Assembly (NCBI GenBank): GCA_050248995.1 | Contig: JBFWRI010000003.1 | Location: forward strand, 28,619 to 92,618 | DNA: 64,000 nucleotides | Origin: Bdellovibrionales bacterium | Lineage (GTDB): Bacteria; Pseudomonadota; Alphaproteobacteria; JAIXQD01 | Direction of reading: 5' to 3' | In this document: one piece after another, positions 44,419-53,975 of the stretch | Position numbering within the stretch: the first letter of the stretch is position 1 | How the letters are laid out: every line of letters starts with the position of its first letter | Made by a program: the position numbers and the translations under genes | The notes under the pieces: model-generated | What the model was told of the DNA's origin: nothing | Seen by the model: only the letters and a program-made list of their open reading frames with translations | Databases searched by the model: none

Positions 44419-45794
44419 CGCCCGGTCTCCATTTTTTGTTCAAGCGTTTTCACACGTTGGCGCAGCTCGGCATTTTCTGCGGCCAGCTGGCGCAAAGACT
44501 CAATAATCGGCGCCACAAGCCCCCCATAGTTTACACCTTTGATGCCTTTTTCGTTGGTAGAGACTAGCTCGGGGAACACTTTTTCAACATCCTGCGCCAG
44601 AACACCTAGATTAGGCCGATGCGAACTCTTCAAAGTATAGCTGACCCCATGGATCTTCAGCAACTGATCCAGTGGTCTTTTTAGTTCTGCGATGTTGTCT
44701 TTAAGCCGCCGGTCGGAATCATAGATGAAGCTGGCAGCACGTAATTCACCATTAACAGTCAAGTCGCTGGCCAACGTCAGCGTAGGATCAGCAGCACCGC
44801 CGCCGGCGGTCAGCGCGCGCGAAGCCCCACCGTAATCAAAAAGAATTGACGTTACATCGGCAACATTAGGTGTTGTTACAGTTCCTGTCGCCGCGATAGA
44901 GCTTGCAGCCACAATATCCCCGCCACCCATTTCGATTTGGCCGCCGCCCATTTCGACACTACCACCGGTCATGCGCAAATCGCCGCCGGCCATAATGATG
45001 TTATTTGTCGCGTCTGTCATACGGATATTGTGTGACGATGCATCCGCATCAAGGAAGGATGCCGCCGCTGCGCCCCCCATATACAGGTCGGTTGTCATCG
45101 TGGTCATCGTCGGTGCACCGCTGACAAGGACGCGTGATAGAAAATCACCCGAGGAGCCGGTCGTCAGGTCCAGCGAACTGATAAAAGCAAGGCCCGCCGA
45201 ACGATTAACCGGCGGCGTCACCCCGCCAACAGTAAAATCCGTGACGGGCATTGAGACCGCACCATACGCCGTACGAACCACATCCACAGCCTCGTCAAAC
45301 ACCGAGGCACCTTCGGCGCCGACAAGGCTGGCGATCATCGCGCGCGAGATGGGCGTACTTGCCGTGCCACCGCTGGTGAAGATACCGATCGCGAACATCG
45401 GGTAATCCACGCTGCTGACCGTAACATCGGTCAGGCGGCGCAATACGGCCGAATATGTTGCACCGCTGGGGCTTGTCGCCGGCAAAGTACTATTACGGAA
45501 AGTCTGCACATCGGCTGTAATCGAGCGCGTTGCGCCTTCGGCGATTGGGGTTCCCGCTACATCCCCCGTGCTGGCATCCATGTTGGCATTAAGATAGGCG
45601 CGCGCGCCCTTCAGCCATTGCTGGATCTGCTGTGCCGTAGCCTGGTCCTGAATCTGACGACTGCTGGCAGCCGTCAGCTGGAACAGGCCGGCGACCAGAA
45701 TACCCAGAACAGTCAGAACGATGGCCAGTTCGACCAAGGTAAAGCCCCGCTGGCGATGATGGATATTTTCCGACGACATCATGTATCCCCGCAC
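44415..45794 (-). CDS. type IV minor (tip) pilin-like protein fused to beta-helical repeats and a C-terminal S74 intramolecular-chaperone (tail-fibre/endosialidase) autoproteolytic domain
   Basis: Prepilin N-terminus ...HHRQRG|FTLVELAIVLTVLGILVAGLF (Glu at +5). Central periodic repeats (GGDLRMTGGSVEMGGGQIEMGGGDIV). The C-terminal about 100 aa DSDRRLKDNIAELKRPLDQLLKIHGVSYTLK...GVLAQDVEKVFPELV...GVNYGGLVAPIIESLRQLAAENAELRQRVKTLEQK matches the Peptidase_S74 (CIMCD) domain pattern. Confidence 0.7.
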   Translation of the reverse strand: MRGYMMSSENIHHRQRGFTLVELAIVLTVLGILVAGLFQLTAASSRQIQDQATAQQIQQWLKGARAYLNANMDASTGDVAGTPIAEGATRSITADVQTFRNSTLPATSPSGATYSAVLRRLTDVTVSSVDYPMFAIGIFTSGGTASTPISRAMIASLVGAEGASVFDEAVDVVRTAYGAVSMPVTDFTVGGVTPPVNRSAGLAFISSLDLTTGSSGDFLSRVLVSGAPTMTTMTTDLYMGGAAAASFLDADASSHNIRMTDATNNIIMAGGDLRMTGGSVEMGGGQIEMGGGDIVAASSIAATGTVTTPNVADVTSILFDYGGASRALTAGGGAADPTLTLASDLTVNGELRAASFIYDSDRRLKDNIAELKRPLDQLLKIHGVSYTLKSSHRPNLGVLAQDVEKVFPELVSTNEKGIKGVNYGGLVAPIIESLRQLAAENAELRQRVKTLEQKMETGR

Positions 45795-45806
45795 TTTAAA
45801 TGAGGT

Positions 45807-46334
45807 TTATAGGGTTGTCACCATAGCTAATGCACCAACCGGTATTGTTGCGGGCACCCGCACCTGTGTTCCCGAGACGGACTCGATGTAACTAATCCCA
45901 CCGCCCGATTGCACGATGCCTATGGATGGATCATTAAAATAACGCGTACCTACCTGCGATCGTAATTCAGAAAAACTTATAGCGTTTAGTGTTCCCGTTG
46001 ATATCACATAAGTGACGACAACGCGTTCCGACGCTGATAAGCCGACAGTCGTGCCGGGATTGAAGGAAAGCGTCGGACCGGTAACAGTCAGCCCGGTTGC
46101 CGATGAATTCGTCAGGTTGCCGGCACCATGGGTGCACATGAGCGTATTTTCACTTGTTGCCCCAAGCGACGAATTGATACGCGATTCATTCACAGCGGAG
46201 TTATGGCAGCGGCGCATGATTTCAGCAGCGGCCACTTTGGTATCCTGAAACATGGCCAACTGATCGGTGCCGTACAAAAAGTACAGGCTGGTAAAAACGC
46301 CGGTAAAAACGACAATGCCGAACCAAAGTCCCAT
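45807..46334 (-). CDS. bitopic membrane protein of pilus cluster (function unknown)
   Basis: 175 aa. Single N-terminal TM MGLWFGIVVFTGVFTSLYFLY. No prepilin cleavage motif. Confidence 0.4.
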   Translation of the reverse strand: MGLWFGIVVFTGVFTSLYFLYGTDQLAMFQDTKVAAAEIMRRCHNSAVNESRINSSLGATSENTLMCTHGAGNLTNSSATGLTVTGPTLSFNPGTTVGLSASERVVVTYVISTGTLNAISFSELRSQVGTRYFNDPSIGIVQSGGGISYIESVSGTQVRVPATIPVGALAMVTTL

Positions 46335-46431
46335 GCCGCTATCCTACCAGTAAGGGCTTAATAGAACCAAAAAACTGGAAGCCAAAAAATGGCGGAAAAA
46401 CGGGCATTTGCCGCTTTTCCGCCATGATTTC

Positions 46432-47004
46432 TTAGGTTCGGATGTTAAACACCATGGTGACATCGTTTGCCGTAGCAGTTGCACTGCAGGCTGATGTCAG
46501 TGTTGTAACCGTTACGGGAATGGTGCCGCCCGCAGTAGTATAGGTCGACGAGGCCACCGTAATCGACGTCACGCCCATAGACGTGGCCGAAATCGAGCTG
46601 CCGGCAATACGCGATACCATTTCAATGCATGACGACTTCGACAAATCCTGGAACTGGACCGAGAATGTCGATGTTGACGGCGCAGCAATAACAACCGAGC
46701 CATAAGGGCTATTTGCCGTTGTGCCCGACACCATGTCTGCCGGCACGGCGTTCGCGTTGATAGCCGAGGCCGTGTTGAACGCTGTATCGATTGATGACTG
46801 GCCCGAGTGCAACTGACGGATATTGTTGACGATATTCAGCAGCTGGGTTTGAGCTGTCTGCTTGCGGTTATTTTCATACACGCTTGATGCTGCGACGTAC
46901 ACGCCGCCAACGATCACACCGATGACTGCAAGAACGATAGCGATTTCAATCAGGTTGAAGCCACGAATGCTCTTGCTGTTCTTTTTTACCAGATTACCCA
47001 CCAT
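46432..47004 (-). CDS. type IV prepilin (major pilin candidate) with 15-residue leader
   Basis: MVGNLVKKNSKSIRG|FNLIEIAIVLAVIGVIVGG (Gly -1, Phe +1, Glu +5). Excellent SD AGGAGGAGAAA. The track start 47097 is an extension. Confidence 0.75.
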   Translation of the reverse strand: MVGNLVKKNSKSIRGFNLIEIAIVLAVIGVIVGGVYVAASSVYENNRKQTAQTQLLNIVNNIRQLHSGQSSIDTAFNTASAINANAVPADMVSGTTANSPYGSVVIAAPSTSTFSVQFQDLSKSSCIEMVSRIAGSSISATSMGVTSITVASSTYTTAGGTIPVTVTTLTSACSATATANDVTMVFNIRT

Positions 47005-47036
47005 TTTCTCCTCCTGGCGGCCACGCCGCACATTGG

Positions 47037-48122
47037 TTAACTCATCCCAGCATTCGAAATTTGCGTTGTGACGCCAACGATCGACAGCATGGCCCATGCT
47101 ATTACAGCGCCAACAGCAATCAAGCCGAAAAAGCGGACAACTTCAGCCTGTCTTTTTAACCTCTCGATTTGTTCACCCATCCAGTCATGGGTAACCGATT
47201 TCATCACATCAGCGACGTCGGCGCGCTCGGCCAGAATTTCAAGATCAAGGGCAACCTGAGGGTCGGGGAAGTTCATGTGAGTAGCCCGAAGGGCCTCGCC
47301 AAGGTTCCGGCCCCGTAACACTTCCTGCCGGGCGAGGAAAATACGCTCTTTAAGCCAGGGAGTCGCCTGTTCTTCAAGAACTTCGAGCCCGCGTTTCAGC
47401 GGCACGTTGGCGTTAAGCAGGGCTGATAACGACAACAAAAAGGCGCTGCCCTGCCAGATGCGGTACCACGACCATGGTGGATAGGCATCCAGCTTGATGC
47501 GCAGCGCTCCGTCAAAATAGGGTAGCGTCAATCCGATTGTGGCAATGATGCCGGCGAAGAGCAGCAGCACGAGAATACCGAACGAGTCGATAAAGTCAGA
47601 GACAAACACCATACCTGACATACTCGCCACAACTTCGGGCGGCGCGAATTCCTTCATGGGCGCGATCATATTGACGCCGAACATCCACAGCACCGCCATA
47701 AGAAGAAGCATCATGAAAATCGGATAACTGACAGCCTGCATGATGGCCTGCTTCATTTCCTTGCCGGTTGTGCCCATCTCTAGAATAACGGAAAGCGAGC
47801 GCGCCACAGCACCAGACTCTTCGCCCGCGCGGATCATGAAAAGTTCATTCATGGGCACCCAGCCATCCATTGCTTCGGCCAAGCTAGCACCAGCGCGATC
47901 TTTGTTTAGCCACTCGCGCAGCGCGCGGGCCGTTGGCCGGTCGGGATACTTCCCCATATCCGTCACGTTATACCAAAGCCGTTCCAGCGACCGCCCCAGA
48001 CTTTCATTCATCGCCAGCATGCCCTGCAGCTTGCGGTACACACGGAAACGCTCGCTGCGGTTACTTTTAAAGCGCAGCTGCGTCACTTTGTACTTTAAAT
48101 CATCAAGATCGTTGATGTTCAT
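47037..48122 (-). CDS. type II secretion / type IV pilus inner-membrane platform protein (GspF/PilC/PilR-like)
   Basis: 361 aa polytopic membrane protein with a cytoplasmic N-domain and the position in the cluster expected for the platform gene. Confidence 0.65.
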   Translation of the reverse strand: MNINDLDDLKYKVTQLRFKSNRSERFRVYRKLQGMLAMNESLGRSLERLWYNVTDMGKYPDRPTARALREWLNKDRAGASLAEAMDGWVPMNELFMIRAGEESGAVARSLSVILEMGTTGKEMKQAIMQAVSYPIFMMLLLMAVLWMFGVNMIAPMKEFAPPEVVASMSGMVFVSDFIDSFGILVLLLFAGIIATIGLTLPYFDGALRIKLDAYPPWSWYRIWQGSAFLLSLSALLNANVPLKRGLEVLEEQATPWLKERIFLARQEVLRGRNLGEALRATHMNFPDPQVALDLEILAERADVADVMKSVTHDWMGEQIERLKRQAEVVRFFGLIAVGAVIAWAMLSIVGVTTQISNAGMS

Positions 48123-48125
48123 GAC

Positions 48126-50168
48126 CTAGTTTTCCTGACCAGTATAATCGGCGGCGGCCATCATGATACGTGAGGGGCCACGGAATGTACCTATTACTTT
48201 TTCGACTTCCTGCAGCTCGCGTTCGCGGATCAAAAGACCCATCTCAAATTCAGCATCATAGGGCGAAACTTCGCCTCTTAATACCTTACTAAGGGCATGC
48301 TGCGCCATAGTCAGGCCACTCAAACCGTGCGGTGACAGCCAGTAGGCACGCGCATCATCGATATTATGCTGCTCAAGCATACCCATCAACTTGGCGTCGG
48401 CCTCTATGACCTCGGCAGCGACCGTTCGTCCAACCCGGCCCTTGTAACAGTGACGGCAGCCATCGGGATTTTCGACGAAAACGCCGCGCAAATCAGGCTC
48501 TGACAACTGCTCAAATGTCTGCGTTCGGCTTTCGGCGAACTTGCGTTCAGCGTGCATCATCGCTGCGGCCCCGCGCACACGCCGCGCAAGCTGTTCGGTC
48601 TTCGGGTCAACCCGTGCCGCATCCATAATCGGCAGACGGCAATGGCGGCACAGACCACGCATCAGGCGTTGGCACATCATACCGCGCATCAGGTGGTGAT
48701 CATACACGAGATACGGCTCGATACCGATATCGCGCAGACGCTGCGGCACAGCAAGCGCCGAGTAAACGTGGAGCGTAGTGTATACCTGACGCCCTGTCAG
48801 TGCCAAACGGAACAAAAAGTTCGCCGACTGCAGGTCGCGCGTTTCGCCGAGCATGACAATATCGGGGTCAAGACGCAGGGCGGCACGCATGATACCGATA
48901 AACGTGCGTTCGCGCTGCTCATCGTTGACGGTTGCCGAGACGCCGATTTGACGAGCTCCGATAACGCCGCCCTCGGGCGGATCTTCGATCATAAGGCAGT
49001 TGAGCTGACCGTTGGTCTCGGCCATGCGGCGATTCAGCACGACGCGCAGCGTTGTCGTTTTACCTTGGTTCACCGGTCCGGTGATGCAGCGGATACAGCC
49101 CGGCGTATAGCGCAGGATGCGCACAAGTTCTGTCTGTTCGGGCGAGAAGCCAAGACTGTCGACGTCTGCCGCCATAAAGCCTTCGCCGAAGATATAAAGG
49201 TTGTCATACTGCAGCCGCATATCAAGATAGCGACCCCCATCTGCCAGCGGCATCCACTGGCAACGAACACTGATAATACCCTCCGGTAAGGCAATGCTGT
49301 CAGACCCGCCTGACGGCACAAGCATGGCGGCCTGTGGTTCCAACCAGTTCGCGGTGGCCCCTGATTGCACCGAGGAGTGTGAAAACACAGCGGACAGGAA
49401 TTGCTCGCCTTCCTTTTGCGTCCATGTTTCCCAGAGGCGCAGCGCACCATCAATACGGAATTCGACCTTAGTGCGAGAACCGCTAGCTTCGATGTGTATG
49501 TCGTTCGCTCCCGCTTCACGTGCTTTCAACAAAGTTTCGACAATCTTACGGCGGATCGAGTTGTCATCGAGGCGTGCGGAAGCCACTTGACGGTCAGCAA
49601 AGTGATATGCTTCACGAATGCGGTCGGGCGTCACATATACCGGCTCGCCGATCTTGAACCCCTGGCGCTTCGCAGTCAGCGCCACTGATGTGACTAGCGG
49701 CGAGTTTTTATGGCTTGCTGACACCAACCACAGGCCATTATCGAATAAAGCGCAAAGATTACGGGATTCAGGGGCGATCTTCAGCGGACCACCGGCAGCG
49801 GTAAGAACCGTGCCTTCAAATACGAGTTTGCGACCGCTGTCCTTGGTCACAACGGCTTCGCCCGATTCAGGAGTGCTCGCGGTCCGGCTTTCTGCCATAT
49901 TAGTCGCTTCCTCGTCACCTGATGATACACGAGTGATATTACCCTGTGATGAACTTTTCGGATGGGATGACAGACCTTGTTCCTGGCGACGATTTTCAAC
50001 CAACTGGTCAACGCGTTCGGAGACACGCCGCTTGGCATCAGCAGTTTGGGCCGTTGAGTTTTTTGCTGGTGCAGACGGGCGGGGACGCCCTTTTCCTGGC
50101 GCAGGCTTTACAGCCTTTTTGCTTTTGCCCCCGAAAAGGTTCGATACTTCATCGAAAAATTTTATCAT
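48126..50168 (-). CDS. GspE/PilB-family secretion ATPase (pilus assembly ATPase) with about 200-aa low-complexity N-terminal extension
   Basis: Walker A GPVNQGKTTTL. Asp box/Walker B DPDIVMLGETRD. His box. Tetracysteine CRHC...CRHC zinc motif. N-terminal region rich in K/P/S/A. Confidence 0.85.
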   Translation of the reverse strand: MIKFFDEVSNLFGGKSKKAVKPAPGKGRPRPSAPAKNSTAQTADAKRRVSERVDQLVENRRQEQGLSSHPKSSSQGNITRVSSGDEEATNMAESRTASTPESGEAVVTKDSGRKLVFEGTVLTAAGGPLKIAPESRNLCALFDNGLWLVSASHKNSPLVTSVALTAKRQGFKIGEPVYVTPDRIREAYHFADRQVASARLDDNSIRRKIVETLLKAREAGANDIHIEASGSRTKVEFRIDGALRLWETWTQKEGEQFLSAVFSHSSVQSGATANWLEPQAAMLVPSGGSDSIALPEGIISVRCQWMPLADGGRYLDMRLQYDNLYIFGEGFMAADVDSLGFSPEQTELVRILRYTPGCIRCITGPVNQGKTTTLRVVLNRRMAETNGQLNCLMIEDPPEGGVIGARQIGVSATVNDEQRERTFIGIMRAALRLDPDIVMLGETRDLQSANFLFRLALTGRQVYTTLHVYSALAVPQRLRDIGIEPYLVYDHHLMRGMMCQRLMRGLCRHCRLPIMDAARVDPKTEQLARRVRGAAAMMHAERKFAESRTQTFEQLSEPDLRGVFVENPDGCRHCYKGRVGRTVAAEVIEADAKLMGMLEQHNIDDARAYWLSPHGLSGLTMAQHALSKVLRGEVSPYDAEFEMGLLIRERELQEVEKVIGTFRGPSRIMMAAADYTGQEN

Positions 50169-50198
50169 TTCGTTACGCCGTCAGACGTCCGCCCCTGT

Positions 50199-51038
50199 TT
50201 AACGAGGACGGATGACAACCGGCGCGCCATTGGTTTCAACAGTCAAGGTTTTCTTGCTGCCGCTCTTCCCGCTAAGGGTAACACCAGTGGCGCTAATCTT
50301 TTGGACTGTCCAGCTGCCAACTTTCTCACCCTGAGTAACCGTTTGCCGCTTACCGCTACCATTTGCCAAAACAGCACGATAAGAACCGTTGATGCCCGCA
50401 ATCTGTTCAACAGTATAATCGTTACGCTCAACCGGCGGCGCCACAACAGCCGGCGTTGGACGAATGTTTACATTGCTGCTCACAGGCGTCACGGGAAGAT
50501 TAAGTGCACTAGCGGGTATGGTGCCGATGTCCGCCATGCGGCCTGAGCTACGCCCGATGCTCTTGCGTTCATCGCGCGCTTTCTCGATATCGTTGATCCG
50601 CCGTTCGATCTCCAGAAGAAGATCAAGCCGTGTCAATGCGTCTTGCGCGCGAGCCATATCATCGAGCGAAACGTTTTTCTCTGCATTACGCAAGTCATCA
50701 ACCACCGAGGTCACAACCTTAGGAATGTTTGAATCGGGCTTGGCCGGCGTTGTTACAGTGCTTAGCACAGGCGTGGGTGATGCAACCCCCGGCATGGTCG
50801 TTACGGTTACCGGGTTATTTTGTGGACCGCCAACACTTGTTTCAGAAAAAGCGGGTGGAGACGCCATCGGCTCGCCGGCATCAGCAGGCATAGACGGTAC
50901 GGCATTCGGAATTGCAAGCGGAGCAGTCGACGGCGGCGGAAGCGTGACCGTGCCCTGTGCATAACTTTGAGATACAGCGCTGCCAAGCGCTAAAAGCGCT
51001 ATTAAAAACACTGTAATTCGCTGACTAACGCAGCTCAT
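50199..51038 (-). CDS. secreted Pro/Thr-rich protein, possible PilP-like pilus biogenesis component
   Basis: Signal MSCVSQRITVFLIALLALGSAVSQSYA. C-terminal beta-rich segment. Assigned by position between the PilO-like and ATPase genes. Confidence 0.35.
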   Translation of the reverse strand: MSCVSQRITVFLIALLALGSAVSQSYAQGTVTLPPPSTAPLAIPNAVPSMPADAGEPMASPPAFSETSVGGPQNNPVTVTTMPGVASPTPVLSTVTTPAKPDSNIPKVVTSVVDDLRNAEKNVSLDDMARAQDALTRLDLLLEIERRINDIEKARDERKSIGRSSGRMADIGTIPASALNLPVTPVSSNVNIRPTPAVVAPPVERNDYTVEQIAGINGSYRAVLANGSGKRQTVTQGEKVGSWTVQKISATGVTLSGKSGSKKTLTVETNGAPVVIRPR

Positions 51039-52299
51039 ATAAAAACCCCTCAACTGTCCATCCCGACGTCCATGTCAGGCTATTGATCACCAAACCCGGA
51101 ATGGCAACATAGGATTGCCAAGTAAACCAAGGGGCAGTTTGGCTTTTGAGGGTTATTTTTTTCTTAAGCCACGGTTTAGGAGGTGGCTGGGGTTGCCCGG
51201 GTGCAACAGTTGGCGGTGGTTCTTCCGGTAAGTCAACAATTACGATTGGCCAATTATTATTCAGAATCCTCTTATTCAGTTCTCCTGAAGGCCACAACTC
51301 TTCTGGGCCGCGCGGCGGCACGTTGATTAACTGAATGGTACTGACAGCCGACATATTATCTTTGGCAATTGTGCTATGCGGCGGAATTTCTGCCGGGCCT
51401 TTTGTGCGGCGCCAGTTCACCGTCAATGTGGCGCCTTGGCAGGTGATTTCAGCACGAACCCACCCGGATAATGAAGCCGGCGTCTGACTTAATGCATTAC
51501 GACAAGCGTCAAGCCACACTTCGTTGAGTGGACTATCCTCCCATTCGCGCTTCGGTGGTGGTGGTGGTGGTGGTGGTGCAAGCTGTGTACCGCGTTGCAG
51601 CTCTGCAAGCGCTTGCTGTTCGGCGGTCATCCGCTGCAGGCTCTCCTGTTCCTGCGACTGCTGCCACAGGAACATCAGGTAACCGACAATAAAAAGAAAA
51701 AGGACAGCGCCGGCGGCAATCATATAAGTGCGTATTGGCAGATGTACGTTCTGCAGGCGCGCATCGGCCCGCCCCTGCATGAGCAGACTGAGTGGCATCG
51801 CGTCGCTGTTGGCGATGCCCCATGTATCGGGAACGTACAGGCGCTGCAGTCCGCCCAGCGCGATTTCATCTTGCAGACGTTGCTTAGCCTGTTGTTCGTC
51901 TGCATAAAGAATATCGCCATCAGGCGCAATAAGGTCGTCACGCGAAATGACAAGCCACCAGCCCTCAGGGACCTTGAAAACGCCGCCCCATGAACCCGGC
52001 TGTTCTTCTGCTAGCGATGCCGCGCCAGTCGGCAAACCGGCGCTGTGCCCGAATTCCTTCTGTCCCAAACCGAACTGGGGAACGCGGCCTGCCTGATTGC
52101 CTGGACGAACAGCAAAGAAATCGGCCATTTGTCCGGGCTGCCGTGCGGCCTCGCGCGCCGCCTGGCTGACACGCCCCGACGGGGACGGCTGCCAGTAAAG
52201 GCCAACGGCATACTTACGGCGGCCAAGTGTGATGGTGCCGCCGGCGGTCACAACCGGCGATGTTGCTAGCCCGGCGACTTGATCTTCATAATCGACCAT
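51025..52299 (-). CDS. bitopic inner-membrane pilus biogenesis protein (R64 PilO-like architecture)
   Basis: About 180-aa cytoplasmic N-domain, TM YMIAAGAVLFLFIVGYLMFLW, periplasmic domain with a polyproline tract (PPPPPPPP). Confidence 0.4.
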   Translation of the reverse strand: MVDYEDQVAGLATSPVVTAGGTITLGRRKYAVGLYWQPSPSGRVSQAAREAARQPGQMADFFAVRPGNQAGRVPQFGLGQKEFGHSAGLPTGAASLAEEQPGSWGGVFKVPEGWWLVISRDDLIAPDGDILYADEQQAKQRLQDEIALGGLQRLYVPDTWGIANSDAMPLSLLMQGRADARLQNVHLPIRTYMIAAGAVLFLFIVGYLMFLWQQSQEQESLQRMTAEQQALAELQRGTQLAPPPPPPPPKREWEDSPLNEVWLDACRNALSQTPASLSGWVRAEITCQGATLTVNWRRTKGPAEIPPHSTIAKDNMSAVSTIQLINVPPRGPEELWPSGELNKRILNNNWPIVIVDLPEEPPPTVAPGQPQPPPKPWLKKKITLKSQTAPWFTWQSYVAIPGLVINSLTWTSGWTVEGFLYELR

Positions 52300-52311
52300 A
52301 AAACCCTACGA

Positions 52312-53970
52312 TCAGGAATTCGGGAGCCGGCGCGGCACGTTGATTTCGCGCGGCGTAATCGTCACGAAAGAAATATCGCGCAGCTTTGAATTCCGGACAG
52401 ACCCACCAAGCACCCAGTTATAGGGATTGGCGAAACCGCTGTTGTCGGCGGTAATCTTGTCATCATCAAAACCTGACAGCACCAGCGAGTCGCCGTTGTT
52501 CAGCAGGGCCTGCTGAACAAAAACGCGGCTGCTTGTTTCGGGCAACTGCACCTGGTTATCACCCTCTTCGGGGAACGCAGCGATGTTAATAAGATCGATG
52601 ACCGACAGCGAGTACTGGACCAGCATGCGGCCGTCACCCAAAATGCGCGGCGTCACCTGCAATGAGAAGCCTTCGCGCACGACACCCGGTGTCAGTGTGG
52701 ACTGCAGGAAGTTGCTGTCACCTGACTGGCTGGTTGAAACAGATGCCAGGTAGCCAACGTCGCGGCCGATACGGCGTGATGCCGGGCGATTGTTAAGCGT
52801 CGTCATTGGGATACGAGCCACGCGCGAGACATTACCCAGCGTTGACAAGGCGCGCACGAAGGCTTCCGTACCGTTCCACTTCGATGTCGGGCTAAGGACT
52901 TGCACCGAGAGCCCCTGCCCACCATCATCTTCGCTCAAGCGGATTGGCGGCCCTGCAAAGCCAAGAGAAGGCCAGTCAGCGTCCTGGAACAGCATCGTGA
53001 AATCGACGCCATAATTTTCCGAGTCATTTAGTGAAAGCGTAAACAGCTCGACCGTGATGGCTACCTGGCGCGTGCTGCGGGCATTTTCGTTATCTATATA
53101 CTGCGCGACAGTGCGCATGATTTCAGGCGTTGTAATAACAGTAATGGTGCCCGACGACGGGCTGCCCTTTACAGCACCAACACCGCCCAGGATCGTGGTG
53201 ACGGTCTCTTGCAGCTCAGTCCAGTAATCAAGCGTGGCTGTCAGCTGAGATTTTTGATCCAGACTGCTTGTACCGCTGGATGCGCCCGTTGTGGCTGTTG
53301 TTGACGATGATCCTCCACCCGTGTCGGCCTGCAGACCGTCTGTGAATTCTGCCTTGCCAGCCATAGCCTCCACAACAAACGTGCGCGTTTCATAGCGCGA
53401 CATGACAACAGCGGCGCCATCATATTTCCAACTGACACCAAAATGCCCAGCGACAGTATCTAAAAGCCCTGACAAGGGCCCTTCGTAAGCGACTGTCATC
53501 GGAGCCGCACCGTCGCCCGAAGATGTGCTGCTGGCCTGCGCGTTGGCAGCATTCTGTGTTGCCGAGCGTGATTGTACTGTGCGGTTTGCCGGAGCAATAT
53601 CCTGCGCGCTAGTTGCTCCTAGTTTTTCAGCACCATCTGTTAGCCGCACGGGCACGCCAACCTGCGATGTGATAAATACCGCGACATCGGCCAATGACAT
53701 CGATTCACCACTAACCAGAACAACTGCCTTTGGATTTTCATAACGGGTTGGCAGTGGAAGGCCACGGCGCATCTGAATCGATTTGTTACCGGCCCAAACC
53801 TGATTGGTGACCTGCAGCGGATCATATGAAACAGCCGAAGCGGGCTGCTGCGACTGTTGCGCGCCTGCTTCTGCATATGGTTTGCGTTCACGAACCTGCT
53901 GGCGTATCTCGGGCCCTGAACATGCGGTGATCAGCAGCGCCGCCAAGATAAGAATGTTATAGAAACGCAT
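52312..53970 (-). CDS. secretin (GspD/PilQ superfamily), lipoprotein type as in type IVb systems (BfpB/PilN-like)
   Basis: Lipobox LLITACSG. C-terminal secretin domain (…VTPRILGDGRMLVQYSLSVIDL… / LVLSGFDDD). Confidence 0.75.
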   Translation of the reverse strand: MRFYNILILAALLITACSGPEIRQQVRERKPYAEAGAQQSQQPASAVSYDPLQVTNQVWAGNKSIQMRRGLPLPTRYENPKAVVLVSGESMSLADVAVFITSQVGVPVRLTDGAEKLGATSAQDIAPANRTVQSRSATQNAANAQASSTSSGDGAAPMTVAYEGPLSGLLDTVAGHFGVSWKYDGAAVVMSRYETRTFVVEAMAGKAEFTDGLQADTGGGSSSTTATTGASSGTSSLDQKSQLTATLDYWTELQETVTTILGGVGAVKGSPSSGTITVITTPEIMRTVAQYIDNENARSTRQVAITVELFTLSLNDSENYGVDFTMLFQDADWPSLGFAGPPIRLSEDDGGQGLSVQVLSPTSKWNGTEAFVRALSTLGNVSRVARIPMTTLNNRPASRRIGRDVGYLASVSTSQSGDSNFLQSTLTPGVVREGFSLQVTPRILGDGRMLVQYSLSVIDLINIAAFPEEGDNQVQLPETSSRVFVQQALLNNGDSLVLSGFDDDKITADNSGFANPYNWVLGGSVRNSKLRDISFVTITPREINVPRRLPNS

Positions 53971-53975
53971 TCCGC

